Below are positions 23,152 through 36,003 of a DNA stretch of 64,000 bases, one piece after another. Numbering within the stretch: the stretch's first letter is position 1; the number at the start of each line of letters is the position of its first letter. The position numbers and the translations under genes were made by a program. Below the pieces are notes generated by a model. That model had not been told where the DNA came from. It saw only the letters and a list, made by a program, of their open reading frames with translations, and made no database searches. The DNA comes from Octopus sinensis (Eukaryota), in the NCBI RefSeq assembly GCF_006345805.1, contig NC_043000.1, positions 1,054,001-1,118,000 on the forward strand, read 5' to 3'.

Positions 23152-23325
23152 ATCAGATTTCCTCACTGGAAGAATATCACAGTGATTCTTGTAAATAATT
23201 TGTGATTCCTGAGTGTCTTCAGCTTAGTCTCTTACTTCACAAACTGCGTTTGCTGTATCAGTGCAACAATTTAAGGGTCGTGTGGACCCTACAGGCGTTG
23301 TCATTCGTTGATGAAAGCTTTTATA
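23152..23325 (-). promoter_or_regulatory. Candidate TATA box plus non-coding first exon of the chitinase
   Basis: Minus-strand TATAAAAG at 23325-23318 and a consensus donor ctgat|GTAAGT at 23151, in a stretch of unique sequence. The link to the chitinase is inference only. Confidence 0.3.
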
Positions 23326-23502
23326 GTAAAACAAAATTACAAAAATATACACATGCTTTTCTTTCAAGTTCACTAATTTTTGATCTGGATCAAATCTAGC
23401 GAATACTCTTACGTCATATGATTTGAAACTGTATAAAAAGAAAATTAAAAATTAAAAAAAATTAAAATACGAAAGCTACGATGAATAACAAAAAGATAAA
23501 AA

Positions 23503-23571
<69 letters not shown>

Positions 23572-24311
23572 CAACGACAAAATACACAATACGCAAAAAC
23601 CCCCTCTGAAATAACAATGATAGCAGTAATGAAGTGCAGAACAGGGGACAATAAAAATAAATTAATACAAAAACAAAAAAGAGAAAAAAACAAACAAACA
23701 AAGATAAAACAAAGAACCAACGTTTGGCACTGAGAGATTCGAAATAAATAAGAGAACAAGCTTGTATAAGCAAGAACGAAGATGTCTGGAATTTTGGACA
23801 CGGAAAGAATCAATACGTTTGGTATGTGTATTGAGGATTAGGACTGGCTATTACGTGTACCGGTTTTGCTGTGTGTTTCATTTGTACCTTTTTTGATAGG
23901 AAGCAAAGCAAAGGGGAGAAATAGGGAGATTGGACAAGGGGAAAGGAAAAAATAACTACGGTGTGGTGTTAGAGTTGAAGATGGACGGGAAGGGACAACA
24001 GGTAGAAGAAGTGAAAGTTTGTCAGATTTCTTTCTTTTTTTTTTTTTTCTTTATTTTATCATTTTTTTTTTTTGGTATTTTTAAGGGGTTTCTGGCAAAG
24101 AAATGGAAAGACACAAAAAAAAAAAAAGTGAGATGAGAAAAGACAGTAATGAACGATGATGCGGTTTGCCGTGTATGTTTAATGTGTGCACTGAAATAAT
24201 GCCATCAACGGCCATCATAGAGGAAGGGTAGGGGAAATGGGAGTGTGTAGTGTAGGGTCGGAGGGTTGTATGTGTTGCTTTATAGAGTGCGAGATAGAGA
24301 GATAGATTGTT

Positions 24312-24560
24312 AGATACATACATACATACATACATACACACATACATACATACGTACATACATACATACGTACATACATACATACATGCATGCATACATA
24401 CATACATACATACATACATAATACATACATACATAATACATACATACATACATACATACATACATACATACATACATAATACATACATACATAATACATA
24501 CATACATACATACATACATACATACATACGTGCGTACATACATATACATACATAGATAGA
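24312..24560. repeat. (TACA)n microsatellite
   Basis: Direct reading. Confidence 0.95.
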
Positions 24561-24664
24561 GTGAGAGATAGCGAGATAGAGAGATAGATAGTTAGATACA
24601 TATCTATCTCTCTATCGTATGTATGTATATATGTATGTATGTATGTGCGTGTGTATGTATATAC

Positions 24665-24695
<31 letters not shown>

Positions 24696-25199
24696 TATAT
24701 AGCGAGAATTCACGAAAAAAACAAAAGTCGAAGACAGGTGGTGTAGAAAACAAACAGATGTATAAGCATAACGCTCATATTTGTGTGTGTGTGTGTGTGT
24801 GTGTGTGTTGTGTGTGTGTTGTGTGTGTGTCTGTGTGTCTGTGTGTATGTATGTATGGTTTATGTACCTGACCCGTTTTCCTTCGTCATTTTGTGTATAT
24901 TAATTATTTTATAATCCTAACGCAGAAGACGAATTGTCAGAATCATTATGGCATTGGTAAAAAATGCCTTGCGGTATTTATTCCAGCTCTTTATAGTGTA
25001 CGTTCAAATCCAACCAAAACCCCTTTACTCTTTTGGAAACAAATAAAGCACAGTACTAGCCAGCCACATTCTTCAAAAGTTAGTGCCATTGTGCCTAAAT
25101 TAAAAACAACTGTCATTCTGATATATAGTACATTAATTTGATGCATTTGGTATTATATTCATTTCTATCTACATTAATCATATTGAGCACTATAAGAGA

Positions 25200-25404
25200 C
25201 TCTCTTTACTCTATTTACTCTTTTACTTGTTTCAGTCATTTGACTGCAGCCATGCTGGAGCACCGCCTTTAGTCGAGAAAATCGACTCCGGGACTTATTT
25301 TTTGTAAGCCCAGTACTTATTCCATCGATCTCTTTTGCCGAACCGCTAAGTGACGGGGACGTAAACACACCAGCATCGGTTGTCAAGCAATGCTAGGGGG
25401 ACAA

Positions 25405-25439
<35 letters not shown>

Positions 25440-25600
25440 CGACAGGCTTCTTTCAGTTTCCGTCTACCAAATCCACTCACAAGGCATTGGTCGGCCCGGG
25501 GCTATAGCAGAAGACACTTGCCCAAGATGCCACGCAGTGGGACTGAACCCGGAACCACGTGGCTGGTTAGCAAGCTACTTACCACACAACCACTCCTGTG
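25200..25600 (-). mobile_element. SINE group B
   Basis: Full copy. Confidence 0.85.
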
Positions 25601-26039
25601 CACGAAAATTGTTTTTTTTTTCTGACTGCATTAGGAGACATTCTCTAATATTATTATCGCAGCCTCTATCTAACTGTTGGTTTTAATGTTAAATTTTGAT
25701 AGTCGAGAACTTTTGAATGTACACACACACAAATACACACACTCACACACACATACATGTACGTATATATATATATTTATATATATAATAACGTTGACCT
25801 TACGAGTGAATGGTACATAAATCTCCTAAGTACGAAGAGAAGCCATGAGAGAAAGTGAGTTTCTGGAGTTTGATAAGAAACTAAATAGATACATTTGCAT
25901 AGTCTTTTATTTGTTTCAGACATTTGATTGCGGCCATGCTGGAGCACCGCCTTTAGTCGAACAAATCTATCCGGGACATATTCTTTGTAAGCCTAGTACT
26001 TATTCTAATTTACGGGGACGTAAACACACCACCATCGGT

Positions 26040-26832
26040 TGACCTGTGATTATGGATGAAGAGGAGTGACCTGAAAACAGAGACAGAAGCACTCATATGC
26101 GCAGCTCGGAAACAAGCGTTAAGGACCAGCTACACGAAGTGAAAAATTGACAACACTACCGATAGCGACAAATGCAGAATGTGTGGTGACAGAGGAGAAA
26201 CGGTGTGGCACATCGTTAGCAAATGCCCGAAATTGGCACGACGCGAATACAAAAGACGCCATGACAATGTGGCAAAAATGATCCATTGGGAGCTCTGTGG
26301 AAATCACGGCCTAAAAAAAGCGAAAACGTGGTATGAGAAAAATCCAGGAGTCACCAGAAATGAGAATTACAAAATCCTGTCGGATGCTATGATCTAGTGT
26401 GATCACCTGACCAGACATCGGAAACCGGACATTGTTGTGGTGAATAAAAAAGAAAGAACATGTATGATAATCGACATACCATGCCTCGGTGACAACAGGA
26501 TCAGTGTGAAAGAAGAAGAAAAAAATAAATAACTATGACGATTTGAAGAGGGAAATACGAAGGTTGTGGTCAATGAAGAGAGTAGACGTAATACCAATAG
26601 TAATTGGGTCACTTGGAAGTATCAGCACTCAACTACCAACATGGCTGAAAAAGATCGGTGCAAGTGTGAAGGTAGAACACCTTAAAAAATCAGCATTGCT
26701 CGGAACTGCAATAATTCTTCGCAGAGTTCTTGAAGCATGACCAGTAAACAAGCATCACCTTAGTTTGCTGGCTGTGGACAGCGGACACTTTCCATCATAC
26801 TCAGTAAAATAAACTGTGAGTTTTCATATAAT
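26040..26832 (+). mobile_element. RLE non-LTR retrotransposon 3' end (zinc knuckle plus PD-(D/E)xK endonuclease)
   Basis: CRMCGDRGETVWHIVSKC...RRHDNVAK, PDIVVVNKKERTCMIID, VIPIVIGSLG. In-frame stops present. Ends ATAATAAT. Confidence 0.9.
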
Positions 26833-26839
26833 AATGGAG

Positions 26840-26970
26840 AAAAGAAGAAGAAGAAGAAGAAGAAGAAGAAAAGAAGAGGAGGAAGAAGAAGAGGAAAAGA
26901 AGAAGAAGAAGAAGAAGAAGAAGAAGAAGAAGAAGAAGAAGAAGAAGAAGAAGAAGAAGAAGAAGAAGAA
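26840..26970. repeat. (GAA)n microsatellite
   Basis: Direct reading. Confidence 0.95.
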
Positions 26971-27712
26971 TGCCCTGATGCAGTACCAGACAGTGGCTCT
27001 CATGGCTTCTGATCTTAACTGATTGGAAGTGTTATCATGGACATTGTTTTGTCTTGGTATAAAAAGATGGGCTACAGCAAATATTCTGCTCAATACCACA
27101 GATTTGCTTGTCAGTTGTTTGACCTTAACCAGTTGAGCATGTCCCTTAGTGGCTGACGATATGTGCATCTCTGATCACGAGAAGAAGTAGTGGGGGAGCA
27201 TCATAGCCATGTGTTGAGAGGGATTCTTTGGGGTTTGAATAATTCACCTCTGGAAACATGGGTGTTTATTTCAACATCCTTAAACAACCCTTGTGAAGGC
27301 GCATAGTGAAGGCGCATGGCTCAGTGGTTAGAGCGTCGAGCTTACGATCGTCAGGTTGTGATCTCGAATCCCGGACCGGGCTGCGTGTTGTGTTCTTGAG
27401 CAAAGCACTTTATTTCACGTTGCTCCAGTTCACTCAGCTGTAGAAATGAGTTGCGACGTCACAGGTGCCAAGCTGTATCTGCTGTTGCCTTTCTCTTGGA
27501 TAACACTGGTGGTGTGGAGAGGGGAGGCCGGTATGCATGGGCGACTGCTGGTCTTCCATAAAAGCAACCTTGCCCGGACTTGTGTCTAGGAGGGTAACTT
27601 TCTAGGTGCAATCCCATGGTCATTCATGACCGAAGGGGGTCTTTACCCCTTTAAACAACCCTTATTCAGGGACCTTTTGAGCGGGATGGGTTACTCGACC
27701 AGAGGAAAATTG
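26970..27712 (-). mobile_element. Unclassified repeat, probably a LINE 3' end with a (TTC)n tail, interrupted by a SINE
   Basis: Sequence is continuous across the SINE insertion and abuts (GAA)n. The minus-strand peptide ends ...QLRSEAMRATVWYCIRA with no diagnostic motif. Confidence 0.45.
27293..27650 (+). mobile_element. tRNA-derived SINE (group D-like head, distinct tail)
   Basis: 13-bp TSD TTAAACAACCCTT at 27280-27292 and 27651-27663. Head GGCGCATGGCTCAGTGGTTAGAGC. Confidence 0.9.
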
Positions 27713-27858
27713 GTTTCAAATTTTGGTACAAGGCCAGCAATTTGGGGGCGATGATAAGTCGATTACATCAGTTCCAGTGTATAACTGGTACTATTTTATC
27801 GACTCCGAAAGATGAAAGACAAAGCTGACCTCTGCGGAAGTTGAACTCAGAAGATTTA

Positions 27859-28243
27859 GGAAGCACTCCGTCGGTTACGACGACGAGGGTTCCGGTTGAT
27901 CCGAATCAACGGAACAGCCTGCTCGTGAAATTAACGTGTAAGTGGCTGAGCACTCCACAGACACGTGTACCCTTAACGTAGTTCTCGGGAATATTCAGCG
28001 TGACACAGAGAGTGACAAGGCCGGCCCTTTGAAATACAGGTACAACAGAAACAGGAAGTAAGAGTGAGAGAAAGTTGTGGTGAAAGAGTACAGCAGGGAT
28101 CACCACCATCCCCTGCCGGAGCCTTGTGGAGCTTTAGGTGTTTTTCGCTCAATAAACACTCACAACGCCCGGTCTGGGAATCGAAACCGCGATCCTAGGA
28201 CCGCGAGTCCGCTGCCCTAACCACTGGGCCATTGCGCCTCCAC
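27859..28243 (-). mobile_element. SINE group C, full length, nested in a group A copy
   Basis: Flanked by a CTCAGAAGAT duplication. Tail CCCTCGTCGTCGTAACCGACGGAGTGCTTCC. Confidence 0.88.
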
Positions 28244-28789
28244 GCTCAGAAGATAGAGACGGACGAAATTCTATTAAGCCTTTTGTCCGGCGCGGTGACG
28301 ATTCAGCCAGCTCGCCGCCTTCCGAATGCGTTAATATTGATTTTAAAAAAAGAAACCCTTAAACTTTGCGTTCTTTTCAAGGAGTCCATCTTGTTGCAAA
28401 AATTCGGAGTAAGTCTCTAGTTTGAGGATATTTTCACCCCTACATACCTAAATACCTACCTGTCTCCTGCCACTCTCGATGGTTAATGTAAAGGGTTATG
28501 GGTGCTACTTTCTCTCCTAGCTAAAGCATACAAAGAAAATAAAAGGCTGGATTATGGGATCAGGAAAAGATGTGTATGCAAGATTTCGGGTTAACCAAGA
28601 GTGCAGAAATAAGTTAATGTACTTAAATCTTGCAAAATTACGAATTTGATGACCTCTAGGACCAGCCCGTAACTTTTTTATGTTTATTAGACTTCAGAAT
28701 TGACAAAATGAATGTTTATTTTATTGGAAATAAGCGAGATTGAATGTTAGCTTGTGTTTAGCAATAATGTCGGTCAATATATATATGAC

Positions 28790-28936
28790 TGACTGGTTAA
28801 CTGGCTGGCTGGCTGGATGGATGGATGGATGGATGGCTGGATGGATGGATGGCTGGATGGATGGATGGATGGATGGATGGCTGGCTGGCTGGATGGATGG
28901 ATGGCTGGATGGATGGCTGGATAGATTGATAGAGTG

Positions 28937-28987
<51 letters not shown>

Positions 28988-28988
28988 A

Positions 28989-29023
<35 letters not shown>

Positions 29024-29283
29024 TAGATAGATAGAGAGACAGACATACAAACAGGCAGGCAGACAGGCATACAGACAGACAGGCATACAGACAGGCATAC
29101 AGACATACAGACAGGCAGACAGAGAGACAGACAGACAGACAGATAAATAGATAGATAGACAGACAGACAGGCATACAGACAGACAGGCATACAGACAGGC
29201 ATACAGACAGTCAGACAGACAGACAGACAGGCAGACAGGCAGACAGGCAGGCAGGCAGGCATACAGACAGATATATAGATATT

Positions 29284-29342
<59 letters not shown>

Positions 29343-29449
29343 GCAGGCAGACAGACAGACAGACAGACAGACAGATAGATAAGTTGAAGGATAGATAGAT
29401 AGAATAATGGACCCATCATCAGAAGAATGAAAGCTATGCTAGAGACAGG

Positions 29450-29520
<71 letters not shown>
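28790..29520. repeat. Compound tetranucleotide microsatellite (GGAT/GGCT, AGAT, AGAC/AGGC, AG)
   Basis: Direct reading. Source of the 339-aa low-complexity ORF. Confidence 0.95.
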
Positions 29521-29521
<1 letters not shown>

Positions 29522-29756
29522 CAGATAGACAGTCAGACAAACAGACCGAAAAAGAGAGAAAAAGAGAACTATAAGGTGTGAGAGTAGAGTAACAGGTAGA
29601 TAGAGAGACAGACAGAAAGACAGAGAGAAGAAAATGGAAAACAAGTACAGAACGTGAGAGGTGGTACCAGGTAGAAGAATGAAATTCTTATCAGGAGATC
29701 CTTGCTCGGATTTAAGTAAAATAAACAGACGACCCCTCATTCACAAAACATGTATA

Positions 29757-29803
<47 letters not shown>

Positions 29804-30109
29804 CAATGAGTTAAATATATAAAATAAGACTAAGAAGAAAATACAATGAAACTAAAATTCCTGTTTTTCTGAAGAATTGCAAGACCTTTTGAAATCACAC
29901 ATTTCGTGCCAACTACACTAAATTGAACAGTTAAGCAGCATGTGCAATGATTGGTCGTTGTAAACAACAGCAAAGGTTAGTTGTTTGAATAAACTCGCTT
30001 ATGCACTGCATTACCGAACTTCCGCCCCACCACATCCGCTTTTGTTATCACCCGTGCCGACGCCAACTCTTCCATCAACGCCAGCAACGCATTCATTACC
30101 ACCAACGCC

Positions 30110-30672
30110 ATATGTATTCTTTCCTGCTCTAGGCACAAGGCCCGAAATTTTATGGGAGGGACGCCAGTCGATTAGATAGACCCCAGTATGCAACTGGTGC
30201 TTATTTTATGGACCCCGAAAGGATGAAAGGCAAAGTCGACCTCGGCGGAATTTTAATTCAGAACGTTAAGACAGACGAAATACCTATTTCTTTACTACCT
30301 ACAAGGGGCTAAACACAGAGAGGACAAACAAATGGATTAAGTCGATTATATTGACCCCAGTGCGTAACTGGTCCTTATTTAATGGACCCCGAAAGGAAGA
30401 AAGGCAAAGTCGACCTTGGCGGAATTTGAACTCAGAACGTAGCGGCAGACGAAATACCTATTTCTTAATTACCCACAAGGGGCTAAACATAGAGGGGACA
30501 AACAAAGACAGACATAGGTATTAAGTCGATTACATCGACACCAGTGCGTAACTGGTACTTAATTTATCGACCCCGGAAGGATGAAAGGCAAAGTCGACCT
30601 CGGCGGAATTTGAACTCAGAACGCAGCGGCAGACGAAATACCGCTAAGCATTTCGCTCAGCATGCCAACGTC
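30110..30672 (-). mobile_element. SINE group A concatemer (head plus ~3 bodies)
   Basis: GGATGAAAGGCAAAGTCGACC repeated about every 185 bp. Confidence 0.85.
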
Positions 30673-31289
30673 ACAAATGTGTTGCGAAATAACTCTGCCT
30701 CCTCTATCACCGCTAGGGCTACCATTTTCATCACCCCCAACATCATTTCTGTCACACCACCAGCACGACTGCCATCACCATCATCATCACTATCACCACA
30801 ACCATCAAAACTACTATCTACTCTATCACTGCCAGCGTCACCTCCATCTCCACCTGCCCCTCATCCATCACCATCATCATCTTATCCGTCATCACCAACA
30901 CCACCTACAATGATTTCAAATTTTGGCACAAGGCCAGCAATTTCGGAACCGGGGGTAAGTTAGTTTCTTCCATTAAAAAAGTGCACTACGTCCCTCTGTC
31001 CCCGCCGGTGCCACCACCAACAACAATCCCCAATACTGCCCCTGTTACCAGCAGCGCTACCATCTTCATCCCCTCCACCACCTCCATCACCCCCAACATT
31101 ACCTCTGTCACCACCAGCGCCACCACCTCCATCACTCCCAACATCACCTCTATCACCACCTCTGCCACCGCCTCTAACACCCCAACTTCCGCCACCCACA
31201 TCCGCTTTTGTTATCACCTGCGCCGACGCCAACTCTTCCATCAACGCCAGCGACGCATTCATCACCCCCAACGCCAGATGTATTTTTTT

Positions 31290-31780
31290 CTGCTCTAGGC
31301 ACGAGGCCCGAAATTTTGGGGGAGGGACGCACAGTCGAGTACATCGACCCCAGTATGCGACTGGTACTTAATCTATCGACCCCGAAAGGATGAAAGGCAA
31401 AAGTCGACCTCGGCAGAATTTGAACTCAGAACGTTAAGACAGACGAAATACCTATTTCTTTACTACCCACAAGGGGCTAAACACAGAGAGCACAAGCAAG
31501 GACAGACAAACGGATTAAGTCGATTACATCGACCCCAGTGCGTAACTGGTACTTAATTTATCAACCCCGAAAGGATGAAAGGCAAAGTCGACCTCGACGG
31601 AATTTGAACTCAGAACGTAGCGGCAGACGAAATACCTATTTCTTTACTACCCACAAGGGGCTAAACACAGAGGGGACAAACAAGGACAGACAAACGGATT
31701 AAGTCGATTACATCGACCCCAGTGCGTAACTGGTACTTATTTAATCGGCCCCGAAAGGAAGAAAGGCAAAGTGGACCTCG
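31290..31780 (-). mobile_element. SINE group A concatemer (headless, ~2.5 bodies)
   Basis: Same body repeat. Confidence 0.85.
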
Positions 31781-32553
31781 GTGACATACTCTGTCGCCAC
31801 CAGGGCCACCACCACCTCCATCACCCCAACAGCGTTTATATCACCCGCCAGCGCCACCACCACCTCCATCACCCCAACACTGCCTCTGACACCACCAGCG
31901 TCGCTGTTCCCCATCACCCCACCCCGTACCACCTCCACCACCACCCCTACCACAACTAACCTTTGCTGAGTGGTTGGTTGGTTGGTTGGTTAGAAGAATA
32001 ATACTTCCAATAAAGGGCCGGCCTTGTCACTCTCTGTGTCACGCTGAATATCCCCGAGAACTACGTTAAGGGTACACGTGTCTGTGGAGTGCTCAGCCAT
32101 TTACACGTTAATTTCACGAGCAGGCTGTTCCGTTGATTCGGATAAACCGGAACCCTCGTCGTCGCAACCGACGGAGTGCTTCCAATTCCAATAAAATTCA
32201 GCCGGTGTCATTTCATTGTCAGAAAAATAGTGAAAAACATTGATTTCGGAGGAAGGATCAAGCAAACGAGGGGAGGTGGAGGAGGAGGAGGAGTGACGAG
32301 AAGAATAAGGGAGAAGTGGTCGAGGAACGGTAGTGGTGGCGGCGGCGGCGACAGTGGCAATGACGGTGAGGGGGGGTTGAGGTGATGATTGTAGTGGTGG
32401 CGGTAGTGGAGAAGGGAGCGTATGGGAAATTAACTGACAACTGACCAAAATTGTCATACTCACCTATACAGACACACAAACACAAAAGCACACACACACA
32501 CACTACGAATGCACATATGTGCAAGTATACACATACATTCACACATGAACATA

Positions 32554-32761
32554 TACTCTTTTACTCTTTTACTTGTTTCAGTCATTATGACTGCGGCCAT
32601 GCTGGAGCACCGCCTTTTTAGTCGAGCAAATCGACCCCGGGACTTATTCTTTGTAAACCCAGTACTTATTCTATCGGTCTCTTTTGCCGAACCGCTAAGT
32701 GACGGGGACGTAAACACACCAGCATCGGTTGTCAAGCAATGCTAGGGGGACAAACACAGAC

Positions 32762-32835
<74 letters not shown>

Positions 32836-32995
32836 TACGACAGGCTTCTTTCAGTTTCCGTCTACCAAATCCACTCACAAGGCATTGGTCGGCCCGGGGC
32901 TATAGCAGAAGACACTTGCTCAAGATGCCACGCAGTGGGACTGAACCCGGAACCATGTGGTTGGTTAGCAAGCTACTTACCACACAGCCACTCCT
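32554..32995 (-). mobile_element. SINE group B
   Basis: Full copy. Confidence 0.88.
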
Positions 32996-33234
32996 GGGCC
33001 TATGCAAACACACTAACACAAAGCAAAACTGTTAAGAGACAATCGCAAGATTGCTGGATTCGAATATGACGCAGTATTTGCCACGGTTTCCTGCTATCAG
33101 AGTTCAAATCCCGTCTAAGTCCTACTTTACTTTTCATCCTTTTGGGACCAAGATCCATAACATGTACCAATCCAGCAAGGAAAATTGGTGGAACTATAAA
33201 CAACATAGGATTGGATATGTTGCAGTACCTGCTG

Positions 33235-33615
33235 TTGCTGTTGCTGTTGAGCGAAGCGGTCTTCGTCCCAGAGCTCGCAAGATGGGAGAAGCCCGAATCG
33301 TGGTCCTTTGCTATTCGTAAGACCCGCAGAAGAGAAAGCAGGTCAACCCCCGACACCGAGAGCATCGACGGATGGATGAATGCGCATCCAGGTTCAGCGG
33401 TTGCGTAGGAAGTCGGAGACAAGAAACAGGAAGAAAGAGTGTGAGAAAGTTGGGGCGAAAGAGTACAACAGGGGTTACCACCATCCCCTGCCGGAGACTC
33501 GTGGAGCTTTATGTGTTTTCGCTCAATAAACACACACAACGCCCTGTCTGGGAATCGAAACCGCGATCCTCCGACCGCGAGTCCGCTGTCCTAACCACTG
33601 GGCCATTGCGCCTCC
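33235..33615 (-). mobile_element. SINE with group C head and an alternative 3' tail ending (CAACAG)n
   Basis: 14-bp TSD TGCAGTACCTGCTG at 33221-33234 and 33616-33629. Confidence 0.88.
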
Positions 33616-33797
33616 TGCAGTACCTGCTGCAATGGTGCTAAAAGCGCTCTCGATCCACGTGCACAAGCTTTGGCTTAGGATAAGCATTTGTAGTGTGAAG
33701 ACGGAGGAGTCGCATGAATGGGCAACAGTCTGTCTTCTTCATGAAATATTGTCATTGGGAATAGACAGAGAGAAAAAGGATTTTCTATGTATGTGTG

Positions 33798-33830
<33 letters not shown>

Positions 33831-33832
<2 letters not shown>

Positions 33833-34012
33833 AATTAAGGACTGAACACGAAAAGTGGACAGTCAACATGCTAGATATAGACGTCAAATCGCATTCTCCA
33901 CCAAAAGATATGTTCTCAAATCAAACTCAGCATAATCATTTGTGGAGAATGGCGATTTGACGTCTATATCTAGCATGTTGACTGTCCACTTTCGTGTTCA
34001 GTCCTTAATTGG
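33831..34012. mobile_element. MITE-like element with ~71-bp TIRs in (TA)n
   Basis: 33831-33901 is the reverse complement of 33942-34012 apart from small indels. TA flanks on both sides. Confidence 0.7.
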
Positions 34013-34098
34013 TATATATAAATATTTTAGTCTTCGGATTCTTTTTTTAATATGCTAGACCACTGGTTTTAATTGATAAATATCAATTTCTACCCTTA

Positions 34099-34142
<44 letters not shown>

Positions 34143-34339
34143 ATAGTTTACGAAAAAATACAAAACACGAAGACAGGTGGTGTACAAAACAAACAGATGT
34201 ATTAGTATAACGCTCAGGAATAGAAAAAGTCTTTTACGTTTCGAGCCTACGCTCTTCTACAGAAAGGGACACAGAAAAAACAAGAGAGAAACAAGGAGAG
34301 AAAAAAATGTGTTTAGTGGCTAACGATCTATCATGGCGA

Positions 34340-34374
<35 letters not shown>

Positions 34375-34492
34375 CAGACAGACAGACAGACAGACAGGCA
34401 GGCAGGCAGGCAGGCAGACAGACAGACAGACAAGACAGGCAGACAGACAGACAGACAGACAGACCGACCGACAGACAGACAGACAGACAGAC

Positions 34493-34538
<46 letters not shown>

Positions 34539-34956
34539 CTAGATAGATAGATAGATAGATAGATTACCAGTTTCGATGTGCATCTCCTTATCAAATATTA
34601 AAAATTCTAAGTTGGAAATTAGAAGAGTTTTTCTCATACTCTGTACGTAGTTAAGAGCATTTTTCATATTTTCTCATTACTTCTCTACTTATATATGCTA
34701 TATATTGATGCGCGCGAATATAAAATTGCTTGTTAATTTTAAAACAAATTCATTGTTCTTGTTCAAACTTTTTAGTCTACAACTCCCTAAAATTTGATGT
34801 AGAGGAACGTTATTTCACGGAAAAAGTAACGAGTTTTGCGGTAATTTTAGATATTTATTATTTGTTTTAAAATGAAAATCTGAGTTTGAGGATTTAGAAA
34901 CGTTATATAATTCTGTTTTGAAACATTGAAGCTCGAAGTGTATAAAGCTATATCTA

Positions 34957-35039
<83 letters not shown>

Positions 35040-35515
35040 TACAAAATATAAAGTTATATCTTGAGTGACAACAACGCTCAAGATATACAACGGACTGGAA
35101 ATAGAAGTGCTCTAATGAGCTGTATACACTTTTTTATCCGAGGGGAGGCAATGCGAGCAACAACCACAAGAACATCAGAAAATCCACAGAATGACCAAAC
35201 ACATACAAATCTTCATATACTCATTTATATCTATAAAGCCCGACATTAAAAATTTAAAAATTTAGTAATATATAAATATAAATATATCATAAAAATAAAT
35301 ATAAATATATCATATAAAAATATAAATTTTGCATATAACACCTTGCGTTTACGCTTAAAACATTTAGTATAAATTTGTTACAATAAGAGAAATAAATATA
35401 ATAATAATAAATAAAAATAAAGCATACAATGGCATATTAAAAGACGAATTAAAATTCTAGCGAAATGTACATAGAAGATAATAATATACAAGTTACAAAA
35501 TTTAAGTTTACAAAG

Positions 35516-35623
35516 ATACACAGAAGTCCATCTACGGGCCGTTTCGGAGACGCGCCAATTAATATTATTAGACATATCAAATACTTAAAATTGACACTCC
35601 CCTCATCATGATGTCCTATACAT
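35516..35623 (-). ncRNA. Variant type I hammerhead-like motif in the 3' pseudo-LTR
   Basis: Reverse complement of 38612-38719. Confidence 0.55.
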
Positions 35624-36003
35624 ACAACACATAGTAAACGTAAACAAATAACACAATCGCATACCGGCGATATTCAGAACCGAGACATTAGGTACTCCCA
35701 GAAATTTTTCTCCGATCCTGAATGCTACTTTATTCGCATATAATTCGACCCAGCAGCCATAGTAAATGGTATGCACGCAGCGCCATCTGGACCACTTCAC
35801 TTCTGCACTGATTTTATTTTATTTTATTTTATTTCAATCTTTTAATTTCCCACTTACATGCAATGCCACATATTCGTGTTCAAGTCCTTGACACATTTTA
35901 TACTAATAGCTATTTTTTCTTTTAATATTCACGTTACTTTAGTTTTATTTCATTTACTACTTACTATGTTTACTAAATTTAATTCAATTGTTATTGCTTA
36001 GCT

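Noticed and set aside
24915-24965. Plus-strand micro-exon cag|AAGACG...CATTG|gta
   Set aside because: It overlaps a decayed SINE head and has no partner exons.
28721-29740. 339-aa ORF and similar long ORFs (12465-13260, 24081-24601, 56177-57335)
   Set aside because: These are translations of microsatellites with no domain content.
30544-31298. Mucin-like or proline/threonine-rich ORFs
   Set aside because: They begin inside SINE sequence and read through degenerate CAC/CAT repeats, with no splice or domain support.
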